Source: Fonticula alba ATCC 38817 (taxonomy: Eukaryota; Protista; Nucleariida). From it: a stretch of 64,000 nucleotides of DNA. Below, one piece after another: positions 1 through 13,300 of the stretch. Location: NCBI GenBank assembly GCA_000388065.2, contig KB932201.1; one strand, 5' to 3'. A program made the position numbers and the translations under genes. Within the stretch, counting starts at the first letter, position 1, and the number at the start of each line of letters is the position of its first letter. Below the pieces are notes generated by a model. The model did not search any database. It had not been told where the DNA came from and was given only the letters and a program-made list of their open reading frames with translations.

Positions 1-2
1 TT

Positions 3-98
3 GACCACTACCTGCAGGAGCAGCTCGCTGGCCAGGCGTCGGAGGACCAGGACGACGGCCTGGATGTGGAGGTTGACCTGCTGTCCCGGCATCTGTAG
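3..98 (+). CDS. 3' end of an upstream gene (partial, product unknown)
   Basis: Frame 3 reads DHYLQEQLAGQASEDQDDGLDVEVDLLSRHL-stop (TAG 96-98) with GC3-rich codons, followed by low-complexity G/C sequence. Confidence 0.55.
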   Translation, partial: DHYLQEQLAGQASEDQDDGLDVEVDLLSRHL

Positions 99-384
99 CC
101 CGCCTCCAGGAAGGGGAAGAAAAAGAGGCAGGCCCCGATGTTGGCCCTGCTCTTCCTGGGTGGTTTTTGTGTGTGGGGGGGGGGGGGGGGGGGGGTTCGT
201 TCCCCCCCCCTTCCCCCTGGAGATCTTGCATGGTGTCCACCAAATACATGTGGCCACCCGTGCCTGTTCATTCCTTATCTGGAGTTTGGGGCTTGAATTG
301 CAGAACCAGTGCCTCCGATCGGGGCGGGGGCCGGGAGTCGGGAGAGGGACAGCAACCAGAAGACAGATAGTCCGCGGCCTCTGC

Positions 385-426
385 CCCCCCCCCCCCCGCC
401 ACCCCCCCCCCCCCCCCCCCCCCCCC

Positions 427-465
<39 letters not shown>
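385..465. repeat. Long interrupted poly-C tract (poly-G on the minus strand)
   Basis: About 80 nt of almost pure C; similar tracts at 4875-4914, 28482-28543 and 36938-37007. Confidence 0.95.
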
Positions 466-467
<2 letters not shown>

Positions 468-880
468 CCCCCAGTGGGGGGCAGGCCCCGGGCGGGGGGG
501 CGCTTGGGGCAAGGCCGGGTTTCGGGGGGCGTGGGGGGGGGGGGGGGGGGGGACTGGGATGCCAAGACCCGGTAGCCCCAACGATCAAGACCTTTCTGCG
601 GGTCCATCAGCATGAGCGCCGGCTGCCTGTTGGTCCCACGTTCGGAAATCGTCACCCCGAGCGGGATCTCCTCCCTTGGCTTCCTTTTTGCCCCTGCCCT
701 TGTTGGCCTTCCCAGCCCTTCTGTCTTTCTTCTTTCTCTCTCCCTCTCTTTCGTCCCCTTCCCCCTCCCCCTTCGCCCCTCCCCCTTCGCCCCTCCCCCT
801 TCGCCCCTCCCCCCTCCCCCTCTTCTTTTCATTCTCCAGCCGCTGCCACGCCCCCCTTCGCCCCGACCCCCTGAAGTCTC

Positions 881-1497
881 ATGCGTCCACTACTCATGTC
901 ACTGAGGCGGACCCACCCAGCGGGACGCCTTGCCTCCCTGGCTCCCCTTGCCGGCTTCTCCTCGCTGGCCTCCTCGGCGGAGAGCGCCTCGCCGCCGCCC
1001 TCCCCGCCCAGGCCACAGATGGACATCCGCTTTTCCCTGCCTGACGGCTCGGATCTGCTGGACGATCAGGCCAAGGCGGCGTATCGAGCCCGGGCCACCG
1101 CGCGATCGCGCATGCACCGTGAGTTGCTGCATGCCCGGCGGGCTGTGATTGCTCGCTTTGGCCCCGGGGATGGGGATGGGCACTTCCTTGACCGGCTACG
1201 CTGCGCGCTGGATCACCTGCCCCCGGTGCACTTTGACCTGCCGCCGAGCCGGGCGTCGCGCGCCTGCGGCGACCCCTCGGCCCCGGGCTGCCAGCCTCCC
1301 AGTGTGCGGGAGTGGATCGCGGCCAATCGCGAGCGCGATGTCCATGTGGACCTGTCCGACCCGGGCTCCGAGCTGGAGGGGATCGCTCCGTCCGGCATCG
1401 AAGACTCGACCCTGGCATCGGCCATGGCCGCGGCCCGGGGCGATGCCCTTGTTTGTGTGTGGTCCGGGCCGGAGCTGCTGGCCGTCCGGTCGCCGGG
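881..1497 (+). CDS. Probable coding exon of a hypothetical protein; the gene runs into gap 1602-1781
   Basis: Open frame with coding-like composition (MDIRFSLPDGSDLLDDQAK...ELLAVRSPG) ending at a GTGCGT donor at 1498. No family recognised and the start is unresolved. Confidence 0.4.
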
Positions 1498-2051
1498 GTG
1501 CGTGCCGTGCAGGTGGACTTCCTCTCGTGCCTCCCCATTCCACGTGCCTGGCATTGACATGAGGCGCACCCGGCGGGCGTTCCGGTACGTTGCCACACGC
1601 CNNNNNNNNNNNNNNNNNNNNNNNNNNNNNNNNNNNNNNNNNNNNNNNNNNNNNNNNNNNNNNNNNNNNNNNNNNNNNNNNNNNNNNNNNNNNNNNNNNN
1701 NNNNNNNNNNNNNNNNNNNNNNNNNNNNNNNNNNNNNNNNNNNNNNNNNNNNNNNNNNNNNNNNNNNNNNNNNNNNNNNNNACTGGGTGGGCATTTCGGG
1801 CCTCCCTTTTCTTGTTCCTCCTGTGACGCGACAAACGCCCGCGGGGCAGCCGGCCCTAGAGAGAAGGCATCCCGCGAATGTGAGCGCGAGCCCGTGCGAG
1901 ATCGCGCACCCCAGTGGCGTGCGTCCAGCATCCCCTGAACTGGGAGTCCGCCGCTTGCGAGGTGGATTCCCTCGCGGCATGCACTCGCTGCCTCCCCGTC
2001 GACTCCTTTCGCTTTCTCGTGTCTTTGCCCCCCCCCCCCCCTCTCCCAGCC

Positions 2052-3031
2052 ATGCCCTCCTCCTCGCGGCCCCTCTCCTCGGGACAGATCCGCAGCCTGG
2101 CGCTGCTGTCCTTCGACCACCTACTCAACCACCTGGGCGTGGCGGCACGCTCGCAAGCCCGGCGCGTGCTGCCCGAGCTGGAGGATGTCTCTTGGTGCGT
2201 CGCCGAGACACGGAAAGATGTCCATCATGCCCAGGCACATGTAGCGAGCCATGTCGCGACTAACGGGCCCCCTCCTGTGGCCTCTTTCCCTGCATTCGCC
2301 CTCCCCCCTCCCCCTTCCCTCCTCCTTCTCCTCCTCTCGGTATTCCTTCGACCCGGCGACACCGCTCCACCCTCAGCGCTGCCTTCCTGACTTGGGAGAA
2401 GTGCACGCCCGAGGGCGCCGTCGCTTCGCCGGCTCCGGGGGAGCTGCCTAAGCCCGTCGCTCGCCATGGAGGCTGGGCGCGGGCCGCTTTGCGCGGTTGC
2501 ACCGGGACCTTCCAGCCGAACCCCGTGGGTCCGCTCATCCGCCAGCTGGCCATTGGCTCGTGCGTTTTTCTGCCAGCGCCGATGTCTCGGACGATTGCCA
2601 GCGCCCCTACCCCTCTGACCCCTCGGCTGCCTCGCTCTTCTCTTTCTCCCTCTTTCTCCTTTGGCCCCCGCCCGACACCTCCTCAGCGCCGTGCGTGACA
2701 CGCGCTTCCCGCCGGTCACCTTGGCTGAGGTGCCGCTCCTCCGGGCCACGGTGTCCATCCTGCACAGCTTCGAGCCTATCACCGACAAAAACGACTGGCA
2801 AATCGGCACCCACGGTATTGAGATTGAGTTCCTCCGGCATGGGCGCCGCGTGGCCGGGGCAACCTTCTTGCCGAGTGTGATGGTGGACCATGGTGCGCCC
2901 GGCCAAACAGGGCAGGCGGGAGACTCCACCACCGGCCTCTGCTTCCTCTCGCCCTTGCACCATCTTCGCTGCCGCACACGGCCACACACGACCACACACG
3001 GCCATACACTGCCACACACTGCCACACACTG

Positions 3032-3072
<41 letters not shown>

Positions 3073-3273
3073 GCTTTCTTCAGGCTGACCTCCGTACGAT
3101 CAGGCTTCTCCCATGATGACACCTTCGACTATCTGGTGGATAAGGCCGGGCTTCGGCTGGCCGACTTCCTCGAAGCATATGAGCACCCATCGGCCGCCCT
3201 GTCGGTGGTGATCACCCGCTACCAAACGGCCACTTCGTCAGCCGACTACGCCGAATGGCTGGAGCAGTGCTGA
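2052..3273 (+). CDS. AMMECR1: AMMECR1-domain protein; exons 2052-2194, 2377-2559, 2687-2892, 3104-3273
   Basis: Spliced frame gives AAFLTW...LRGCTGTF...SAVRDTRFPPV...VSILHSFE...DWQIGTHGIEIEF...ATFLPSV...TRYQT, matching the AMMECR1 motifs LRGCIGTF, DxRFxP, WxxGxHGI and ATxLPxV. All introns are GT-AG and phase-consistent. Confidence 0.92.
3033..3070. repeat. (CA)n microsatellite in AMMECR1 intron 3
   Basis: Directly visible. (CA/TG)n tracts recur at about 3630-3655, 29670-29695, 30650-30685, 37678-37724 and 49063-49092. Confidence 0.95.
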
Positions 3274-3374
3274 GCTGCCCGTCATCTGAGCGGCCGTACG
3301 TGCGGCGGGGAGAAGGGCCATCAAACAAGCAAGCAAACAAATATCACTACCATTGCGTGCTATATTGGTGCCAT

Positions 3375-3408
<34 letters not shown>

Positions 3409-3709
3409 ACGATAACGATGACGATGACGACGGCGCTGCTCGAGGTGCCGCGTCGAGGGCTCAGAGAAGGAGACACAGGGGAGGCACCATACAGAGAGAT
3501 TGCCCGCAGGTTGGGACTGGTGCGGAGCATGGCGAAGGGATGGGCGCACACTCCCCTGCCTGTGGCCGCGCCTCGAGCGCCGGCAAATCACGCGAAGCAC
3601 GCCATCAAGCATCGCTCCCCGGGGCGAGCGTGTGTGTGTGTGTGTGTGTGTGTGTAGACATGTGTTTATGAATACCCGTACACGCGCACGCGCACGCGCA
3701 CTTGCACCT

Positions 3710-4378
3710 TTAGAAAGTGTGGTTGGCCAGGGCCTGCAGGCAGGCACGGCCGGCCTCCAGCTCAAGCTGGCGGCGAAGGTCGGCGCTGACGCCCTGGCCG
3801 GTGAGGCGGTTGAAGAGGATGATGGCCGCCGCAGAAGTGTCAATGCGGTTGGCCTCCCCCTCGGCGGGCAGGCAGATGTTGGCCAGGCGGAAGAGCTGGT
3901 AAGTCTCCATCTGCAGGGACCCGACATTCGGGAAGGCGGCGGCCATCTTGTCCAGCAGCCCGGCGTTGGCATCGGCGAAGTTGGCCGACGGCCGGCCCTG
4001 CGAGGAGTAGAACGAATCGGCGGTCAGGTCACAGGCCGGCTTCACGGAGCCGGTGGACAGGCAGCTGGTCATCTCCTTGACGAGCTGGTAAGGCGGGGGG
4101 GGGGGGGGGGGGGGAGGGAAAAGGGAAGCAAGGTCAGCACGGATCGCAGGGAGGAAAAAGGGCCCAGGGAGCGTGCACCGACGAACCAGATCCGAGAGGC
4201 CCTTGTGCGGCATCTCAAGCGGGGAGAAGGAGTAGGTAAACTGGCCGTCAGCATCGACGCCCTGGCAAACCAGAGAGCTGCCCTCGGAGTTGACAACCAC
4301 GGTGCCGGGGTCGACATCGGTGACAATCGACCCAGCCGAACCCAGACTGTGTGAAGCGTAAGAGGATGGAGCGAGAGG

Positions 4379-4416
<38 letters not shown>

Positions 4417-4873
4417 AAAGTGGTCAGCGTGCTGGTGCGAAGAAAACAGGGGGACCAGGGGAGCCCCAAAGGGTGGAATGGGAGCCAAACGAACCGGATG
4501 ATGACCATCGGGCCGTTGACAACAGCGCGGGCCTCGCGAATCATGAAGTCCATCATGGGCCGACCCTAGGGGGCGAAGGGAAGGAGTGAGTGACGGCCGC
4601 ACAGCAGGGCAGGATGGATGGCGCGGCATGACGGGCGTAAAGGGCATCGATGAAGCACGCGAGGCAGGCGCACCATGCCAATCGAGATGATGCTCAGCTC
4701 AACACCATTGTACATCCCGGTGTAGGTGTGGAAGCCGCGGTTGGAGAAGACCGTCCGGACGGTGGCCGGGTCGAGGTAGGCCTCGGCGATGAGCTTGGCG
4801 CGAGCCGGGTCACCGACGGACAGGATGCGGTGGGAAACTGGACCAGGCAGGGACGGCGGGTGAGAAACGCGCG

Positions 4874-4915
<42 letters not shown>

Positions 4916-5058
4916 GGGGAGGAGGGGGCATGAGATCGAAACAATGGGCGAAAGTGACGCGCGCACGCACCATCGCCAGGCTTGCAGCCGAGGTGGTAGA
5001 TACGCCCCTCGCCGTCCTGGGGCATGTCAGAGTTGTGCAGGGTGTTGAGGCTGGCCAT
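3710..5058 (-). CDS. Uridine/purine nucleoside phosphorylase (PNP_UDP superfamily); exons 5058-4971, 4837-4674, 4565-4495, 4346-4187, 4084-3710
   Basis: GRIYHLG, RILSVGDPARA, RGFHTYTG, SIISIGMGRPMMDF, IIRLGSAG, TADSFYSSQGR and MET motifs typical of uridine-phosphorylase-like enzymes; four phase-consistent GT-AG introns. Confidence 0.9.
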
Positions 5059-6277
5059 GGTGTCGAGAGGCTAGGCAAGTGAAAAGCAGGGGGGTGGGGG
5101 GGGGGAGGAGCGTATGTGGGTGTGGGTGTGGATGTGGGTGGGTAAGATAGACGTGTGAGCGCGCATGTATGCGCAAACACAGGGAACTGAGCGAGGGCAT
5201 GCATAGCGTGCGAAGGGCAGAACAATGACCGAGACGGGCAGAAGCAGAGCTGTACGAACAGAAAGCAAAGAAAGTTCTATCAGTCGGGAGAAGGACAGAA
5301 ATGATGCCAAGATCCCTGCCGGGAGGGGGGGAGCCAGCCCTGGTGCCCTTAAAAAAGCGGCCATGACCGAATCAAAACACAGGACACACTTCCCCCGGGG
5401 CCCGAGCGCCAGGGAGCCAGCTGCGCTTGGGGGCCCCCGGACTTCTCGGCCAGAAGCAGGAGGAGCCCTGGAAGGGGGGTAGGCAGGCGGGCGGGCGGGC
5501 GGGAAGGGCGGCCAACGGGCAAGACGCCAAAGACAGTCTCTCACACCCGACACTAGTTTGCCCGCCCCCGGGCTACTGGGCTCCTTTACGCCAGCAGCGG
5601 ATGTGCTCGCCCTCCGGCCCGGGGGCGCGCACCGGCCCAACCCCCCGGACACGCATCCCGGCAAGCGGTTGGGCGGGAAAAATGCCCTCCCGGACGCGCG
5701 CTAACCCGTGCTGGCTGGAAACCGGGATCTCGCCCCGGGATCCCAGGGTGTGTGAAGGCTGGGCGGCCTCCGCTCGCCGCCCGCAACCGCCCGCCCCCCC
5801 TTCATCCAGGAACCACCGGCTCCGGGGGTTCCGGCTGTTTTCAAATGCCCTGTCCGTTGGTACCTCGGGTGCCGCGGCCGGCCCGCCGTTGGGCCCCCCC
5901 CCCTTTGTTCGGAGGCCGCCAGTGTCCATTCCGTGCCTGGTCCGGGGGTTGTGTTGCGACCTCCCTCCCCCGCCCCGAGGCGTGGTGGCCCCTGCCCCGC
6001 TGCTTGCCCGTGGCAGGGATCTCCCTCTGCCGGGGGTGGTTCCCCTCGGGCATCGGGGAGGAAGCTCTCCGCGGGAGAAAAAGGTATATTTCCACTGGAG
6101 AAGCCGAAGGACACCACCGTGCGCGAGCCAAATACACAAACAGCGGGGCCTGGTGGCAATCCCACGGGGAGTCTAGGGATGTGATCGATATATGTATAAT
6201 ATATGAGAATATAAATGGGGGACAAGGTCAGGGAAGAGAGGGGCGGGGGAGGGAGAAAGACCGGGGCAGTGTCCCGA

Positions 6278-9200
6278 TCAGACACGCGAGAGGACGAGAC
6301 CAGCGAGGGAGGCAATCTTCCCGGCATCCGGAACCATGTTCGGGGACACCGTAGAGAGCCCCTGCAACAGCTGGCGATACTGAGGGTTCTTTTGGCAGGC
6401 GTCGGTCAGCTCGCCCACCAGGAGGCTCTGCACGTCTTGGACCTTGGGCAGGGGGTCCTCCTTGGTGGGGGTCACGGTGGACAGCTGGGTACGCATCAAG
6501 GCCGACAGACCCCCGCAGGGGGGGGGGCGGGGAGGGGGACGAGGTGCATGGGTAGGAGCGAGGGAAGGCCGGGGGGGTCAGCGGGGAAAAAAAAGTCCAC
6601 GCAGATGCGCCTTCACAAAAGGGGCATGTGTGACACGCACCGCGCTGAAGGAGCCGGTCGTCCCCTCGCCGCTGGCGACCGTGGAGTTGAGGAAGGCAGA
6701 CTCGAAGTCCTGCGAGGCGGAATAGTCGTCGGTCGTGGTGGCAGGCCGGTCGCCCAGCGTGAAGATGGCCTGCACCGTGTGGGGCAGGCGCTCGGCGTAG
6801 GTGGGCTCGAAAAAGAGCGGGCTCCGGGCGATCAGGTAGGCAAGGGCCACGGCAGCCACCTTCCGATCGATGGGCAGCCCGGCGCTGGCCTCCTCAGCAA
6901 GGAGGACCGAGTTGAGGACCATGTAGAAGAGGCTGATTGACGCGTGTTCGCATGGGCGTCAGAGCGCGGCGAGGCGGCAGCAAGGCACCCGGAGCAGGGG
7001 ATGGGAAGCCAAAGCATGGGGCAGGGCCGGGCGGGAGAGGCAGCGAGGAGGGGGGGCAGGCGGGAAGAACGCACTTGGGCTGGATCGTATTGAAGGCCGA
7101 CACAATGACCTGGAAGGAGTCGGGCTTGGCCACGATGAAACGCGAAACCACCCCGCCAAAGAGGCGCACGAAAACCGGGGTCTTGTTGGACTGGATGCGC
7201 TCCAGCAGGATGAGGAGCACGGTCGGCGCGAATTGCGTGAATGCCGGACTGAAAGAGACGACCAAAAGAAGGCCCGAGGATGGAGAGCGAGGGGGAGACA
7301 AACAAAGAGAAGGCGAGGGGGATGCCCAGCAGCGCGAGAGGCCGGGCCGAGAGACAGTCGCATGGGTCACACGATGGTAGAACAGCGAAGGCGGCAAGGA
7401 TGTGTGAGGTGAGGAAAGAGGTGTAAGCCAAATACACAAAGAGACAGAGAGATAGAGAGAGAGGGGCCGAAGGAGAAGGAGAAGGAACGAGACAAAAGCG
7501 GGACACGCACGCAGGCAGGTACACCAACAGCGACTCGGCCAGCTGGCAGGCGTCACGCTCAAAGGCCCGGGTGCCGATCATGCGCTTGAGAATGTCCATC
7601 AGGGGAGGAAGGAGATTGCGCGAAACGAACTCCTCCGGCACGCAGCGCAGGTATGCGCAGAAAAGCCGCGCGATGGCCGAAATGTTGGCCGACACCTCCC
7701 AGAGAACCGGCACAAAGAGCGACGGCAGGATGTCCAGGTAGAACTGATTGAGCGATGGCGCGGCCCCCGGGGCAGCCCCGGCGGCTTGGAGCACCGACGG
7801 ATTGGACTCCAGCATCAGGGCAATGATCTGGAAGGAGTACGGGATGAACTCGGCCACACCGGCCTTGAGAATCTCCCCCATGACCGGCAGGAGGGCCCGC
7901 TCAAAGCCGGCATGCAGCTCCAGCACCCGGGCCGGCAGCTCGGCCGGCGTCTGCCCGGTGGAGGCCAGGAACCCCGGCAGGGCGGGCGAGTGGGTCGGAA
8001 GCGGCCGGCTCAGGGCACCGATGGCCTCGAAGAGGCAATGCGACAGGCGCGGATTGCTGGGATTGGTGCAGATGATGGACAGCACCCCGAGGAGCTCCAC
8101 ATAGGCCGAGACGAAGATACGCGGCGCGGCCACCAGCACCGGCCGGTAGAAGAGCAGCGTCCGAACGACGGCCAGCATGGCATAATTGTTCTCCGACACC
8201 CGGAGCGGGGCCGTGCCATTGCGCATGAAAATGCTGAACATCCCGGCGAACAGGGGCTCCAGCAGCTCCAGCGCCACCGAGTGGGCCAGGGTCACCCGAT
8301 GCCGAGCGAAGTACTGGCCGACGGCCACCGCGGCGAAGGTGTGGAGAACCTGGTTCGGCGAGGCCAGCAGCCCCACCAGGTAGGGCATGGTCTTGAGCAC
8401 GATCTCGGTGCTGAGGTGATTGCGGAACATCACCAGGAAGTACAGCGACCGAGCAACCAGGAAGGGGAAGTGCGCGAAGTCCGGACTGGTGAGCGGGGTC
8501 TCGAAGATGGCAAACGCATCGTCCGGACTGAGGAACTCATTGGTGGCCACCACGCCATCACGCAGGGTGACACCGCCGGCCGAGGCGACGCTGTGCACCA
8601 GGGTCAGGGCGGCCTCCATGGCGCGCCAACTGTCGGGGCCCAGGGGCTGGCTGGTGAGCTGGTCCCGGGCGAGGCCGATGCAAATTTGCGTGAAGGACTC
8701 CCGGTACCGGGTGGCCAGGGCGTTGATGAGCCGGCCGGCCGTACTCCGGGGGGTGGCCGCGTCGTGGCCCTCCAGCTCGTGGCGCACATAATCCATCGGG
8801 GTATCTTCGAAGACCTCCTCGTCACTGTCGCGCAGCTGCAAGCTGGGGAGGATGATCTTGCTGGCCAGGAGGGTCAACCCCGGGGGGGTGCACACGGTGG
8901 TGGCGTAGGCGGGCTTGGAAACCACGGTACAAGTGTACCGGATGGCGGCGGCGACAAACTACAAACGAATGGGTGAGTATGGGCTTTGGGTGGAGGATGG
9001 GCCGGGGGTGGGCCGGAGCGGCGCGCGGGATCTGACTGCCCACATACCCGATCATAGGTGGAGCTCTCGGCAAAGCCCACCAGCAGGTGGAAGATGCTGT
9101 CGAAGAAGGAGGGCAGCTCCTTCTCGAAGTACTCGTGGTAGGAATTGGTGAAAAGGTCGATCAGAGCACACAGCGACAGCCGGAAGTAAGCCGGCGGGTT

Positions 9201-9533
9201 GGCGTAAGGGTCCTCCTCATCCTCGGGGTAGGTCCTCCCCTGGGGATGGAAGTGCAAGACGGCCCGCAGGACGGCGAACACCCGCGGCATGTTGACCTCG
9301 ATGTCATCCGGCAGGTCCAGGTAGCAGAGGGAAGTGATGATCTCGCACAGGAGCGACAAGCTATGGAAGGAGATGGCCAGGGTCTGGTCATCGGCGCCTG
9401 TGGTGATATGCGACCCGATCACCTCGGCGAATTGGGGAAGGACGTCCTTCAGCTCGGCCGAGGCCTGGAGCAGGTCCGCCACGAGTCGCTCAGTGCGATT
9501 GTGGCTCTTGAAGCTAGATCGACATGGGGGGGG

Positions 9534-9577
<44 letters not shown>

Positions 9578-10372
9578 CGCGGGGCGAGAGTGAGATACGA
9601 AAGGAGGAAGAGAAAGGAGAGGAGTCGAAAACGGGCGCGTGCAGATGTGGAGAGCCTGCGCACCGCTTGAGCACAGTGTTCAGGGCCTGGAGCACGGTGT
9701 TGATTTTGGCCGGGTTGGAGGTGTCCACCTCGGACAGCAGGAGTCCCAGCAGCTCGGGCCACTTGGAGGGGTACTGGGAATTGGAGATGGTCGCAAGGCA
9801 AGTGAGCAGCAGGTTGCGCTGGGGAGTCGACGAGCAGGAGAACAGCGCGGGGACAATGCGCTCGCGGATGGCAATGCGGTCGCCGGCCGGGAATGGCAGC
9901 CTGTCGGGGTTCTGGGATGCGAAAGGGACCGCAAGTGGGTGAGTGAGTGAGTGGCCGGGTGTGGTGGTGGGCGAAAGGAGGGAGAGAGAAGCAGGGGGGA
10001 GGCCGGGAAATGGGCGTACAGTGGCCGAGGTCCAGGCGATGGCCAAGAAGTTCTTGAGCATCAGGGCCGCCGAGAGGGAGACAGCCGGCTCGATGGAGGA
10101 GATGGACGCATCCATCGTGTCGCCGATGGCCAACGACAGGAGGATCGGCGCGTAGCCGGGAATCGAGGCGGCCGTCCTGAAGAATAGCTCGGCTGAATGG
10201 GGGTGCAGACGACCAAGGCAGGTGTGTGAGCTCGCCGGCAGGGGGGGGGGGGGGGAGACCGCGGAAAGGGAACATCAAAGGGCGGCGGCGGCCCAGGAAA
10301 CGAACCATCATTGACGGAGCCAACATCGGTCATGGCGCTCAGGGCGCTGATAATACGCTGAATCGAGGACAT
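6278..10372 (-). CDS. CSE1: Exportin-2 / CSE1 (CAS), ~1034 aa; exons 10372-10306, 10192-10020, 9911-9664, 9513-9048, 8958-7511, 7248-7075, 6932-6611, 6484-6278
   Basis: Importin-beta N-terminal-like start (AELFF...AALMLKNF...W), YPSKWPELL, EEVFEDTPMDYVRHELEGHD, LRVSENNYAMLAVVR, NPSNPRLSHCLFEAIG, EFIPYSFQI, ERIQSNKT and EDPLP, all matching Cse1/CAS. Exon lengths sum to 3105 nt in frame. Confidence 0.93.
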
Positions 10373-13300
10373 GGTCTATCTTTGTGTGTGTGTGTGAGGG
10401 AGAGAGTGGGAGGAACGGTGCCAGGGTGGTGAAAGGGGCTTGGCAGTCGGGGAGCGCCGGCTGGCGAAGAAGGACGCACACGATTCGGAGGAGGAGCTGC
10501 TTCTCTCGGCTCTCCCTTCGAGGTGGCACACTGCGTGACCGGGTGTGGGGACCGGAGGGGCGGGGGGGGGCAAATGTGTAGGTGGGAGGGGGGGGGGGCG
10601 GGGCAACAATCGCAAAGTGCGAGGGGCAGACAGAGGGGGCAGGACGGGCAGGGGAGGGTGAAGAGAGGGGTCGATGAGAAGGTGTCGGAGCGCTGGACGG
10701 GCTTCAGCGGGTCCCACGAGCGGGTATTTTTTAGTTAATCCTGAACAAAAGGGTTTGTTACAGGGGGGGGGGGCAGAGGGAAGAGGGACGGGGAGACACG
10801 CGCACACACACGCGCGCGCGCGCGTGCGCGCTCTCATGCGCAGGAAGACACCGGCACACGCGCAAGGACACACGGTATGCCTGCGAGGAATGAGCGAGGA
10901 CGCGAGTATGCGCGTGTGCAAACGGGGCGCGTGGGCCCGGTCGGAAGCCCAGCCCGCCCCTGACACGGGAAAGCTAAGGTGGCTGCGGGGGGGAGGTATG
11001 TATATCGGGGGCGCGTTCTCGAGGCCCCGCCCCTCTCTCCCCCCCCCCCCCTCGGCCCTCCTCTCTCACTGGGTCTCGTCTGGAGCGTCGGTCCGGCGCT
11101 GCCCGGAGCGACTTGCTAGGGGGGGGGGGGGACAGGGCTCGGACTAAGCCCGGCCCCTTCCATGGGACCAGCCAAGCGCCGGAGGGAGGAGGGAACGAGG
11201 GGCCATGCTCACACTAGCCGAATAGAGCCCGGGGGTGGAACGACTTCAGCGTGCCCGTGCTACATATTGATATCCTGATAGTGGGGCAACCAGACGTGCC
11301 AATGGGGATCGATATGGTTCTGGGAGCTTTGGGGCGCACGCAGCTCGGACCTGAAAGCGAGCGCGGGCCGGGCGCAGGTGTCTGCCTCTGCCAACGCTGT
11401 GGTGGTATGAGTAACATGTGAGCATGTGATCCGCCTGTCTCGGGGGCCAACTGCAGCGCCTGCTGCTTGTCTCGGAGAATGGCTGCCTGGAGTGACAAGA
11501 TGGCTCGTACGCCGGGCCGTCCGCCGGACGGCGACGGTGGCGGGTCGAGGGCGCGTGGGACATCCGGAAGGAAGGGCCAGCGCTGGGGGCGACCGCCGCG
11601 GCGTGGTCCGTGGTAAAGCACCAGCCCAAGTTCGCCCCGGCCTGCGTGGTGGCGGACAAAGGCGTCCCAGCTTCGAGGGAACTCTCCCCCCGGCGCGAGG
11701 CCCGGTCAGAAACATGGTCTCGGCGCGGTATGCCACCATTGTCAAACCCGGGCCCCGGCGGCGGCGGCGGCGGCGGCGGCGCGGCGGCGGCAGCGGGGCC
11801 CAGGACGCGCTGACACGTCGCCGGCGGCGGTGGCATGAACATGCCCCTCGGCGGGTGGATGTGGGTGTCGCTCCTCCGGTTCGGGGGGGGATTTGTGGCG
11901 CCGTGCCCCAGGCCGTGTGGGGCACACAGAGGGAGAGAGAGAGAGAGGGCGGCACACGAAGTCGAAAGGGGCCCGAAGAGAGGGACAGGCCCGGGGGAGG
12001 CAGCTCCAATGTCCAGGGGGATGCGCGGCCCCGGGTCCAGGCACGCATGTGCACGAGAGAGAGCTCGTTAATGTGTATGTGTGCGCGTGCACACTTTTCC
12101 AACGAGGGCCCAGGAAAGATGAGGGGAGGTGGGCGCTTGCTGTGCAGGGGGCGGGGGGCGGAATCCGCTAGGGGGCACCGGGATGATATATGTCATGGCT
12201 GGCAGCATGGCAGACTTAGGGGCTCAATAAGCGGCGATCGGAAAAGAAGACACAGGGGGGTGCAGGGGGAAGCCAGTGAGAAGGACACAACGGCCCATTG
12301 CTTCGGGCGGGGGGAGGGGGGAGGGGGGGGGTTGGGGCGGCAGGACGCCCGCCGCGCTGGCCAGGCGAGTCCCCGCATGTAATGAAGGGGGCGGGGCGGG
12401 GGGCATCTCCAACGGGGGGACGGGCACGCCGGCTGGCCGCATTCTTCCCTCAGGGTACGTGAGGCGTCTCCGGTCGAGACCGGCCGGGGAGGCCGCCGGG
12501 GGGGCGGGGGCCCTTGCCTGCAGCCATCCTTCATGCTTGGGGCTTCTCTCTCTCTCTCGCTCTGTGGCGCGCTCGCTTGCCCCCTTGGGGAAACACGGCA
12601 AGCGCACGGCGGGGAGTGCATGTGGGCATGCGTGTGCACGGCCCGCGGTCGTCAGGGCCGCTCCTGGCGTTGTGGCCCCTTTGCCGGGGCTGGGAGGAGG
12701 CATGGACATCGGCATCGGCTTGGTTCGGGCAAGGCAAGTTGTGTTGTCTTGCGCCGAGGCCTCGGGCCCCGAGACAAGGTGGTGAGCCATCCACGCACCG
12801 GGAACCCGTCCGCGGAAGAATGGCCGCGAGAGCCTCCCCGCAAGGGGGGGAAGCAGACCCCCCGCGCTCCCGTGCGCGGCCCCCCCCCCCCCTCCCGGAC
12901 TCCCGGCCGGCCACAGGGGAATGTCGGATTGACTGGCGGTCAATCGCCCGAGTTGGGAGCCTAGACCGAGCATCCGGCGCGAGGGAGGCTCTGCCGGCAA
13001 GAAAAGGGCGTGCGGTCATGGGCGAGACGGCTCGCCGGGCGCTGGACGACTGCCCCCCCCCCCCCCCCCCCCCCCCGCCAAAGTGGGTCCCCTGGCAACA
13101 GCACCCAAGTGTTCGGGGCGGATTCCTCCAGCACGCTGGGCACTCAGATTAGCCGGCCCAGGACCGTCGGCCGTGTGAGCCCCGGGGCCCGGCGCGCTCG
13201 GGCTCCGGCCGCGGGGGGGTCCCCTTGGCGGCGGTCATTCTCCGCTTCCGACGGCAACCGGTCTGCCCCCCCCCCCCGGCTAAGGAAGTTGCGGCCTGTT

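Noticed and set aside
2990-3035. CACACTGCCA-type degenerate repeat that also occurs inverted at ~55735-55770
   Set aside because: Best explained as independent decay of (CA)n microsatellites; too short to indicate a dispersed element.
5690-5745. GGGATC...GATCCC hairpin and GC-rich stems in the phosphorylase-CSE1 spacer as a possible tRNA or ncRNA
   Set aside because: No T-loop (GTTCRA), D-loop or cloverleaf; short stems are expected at this GC content.
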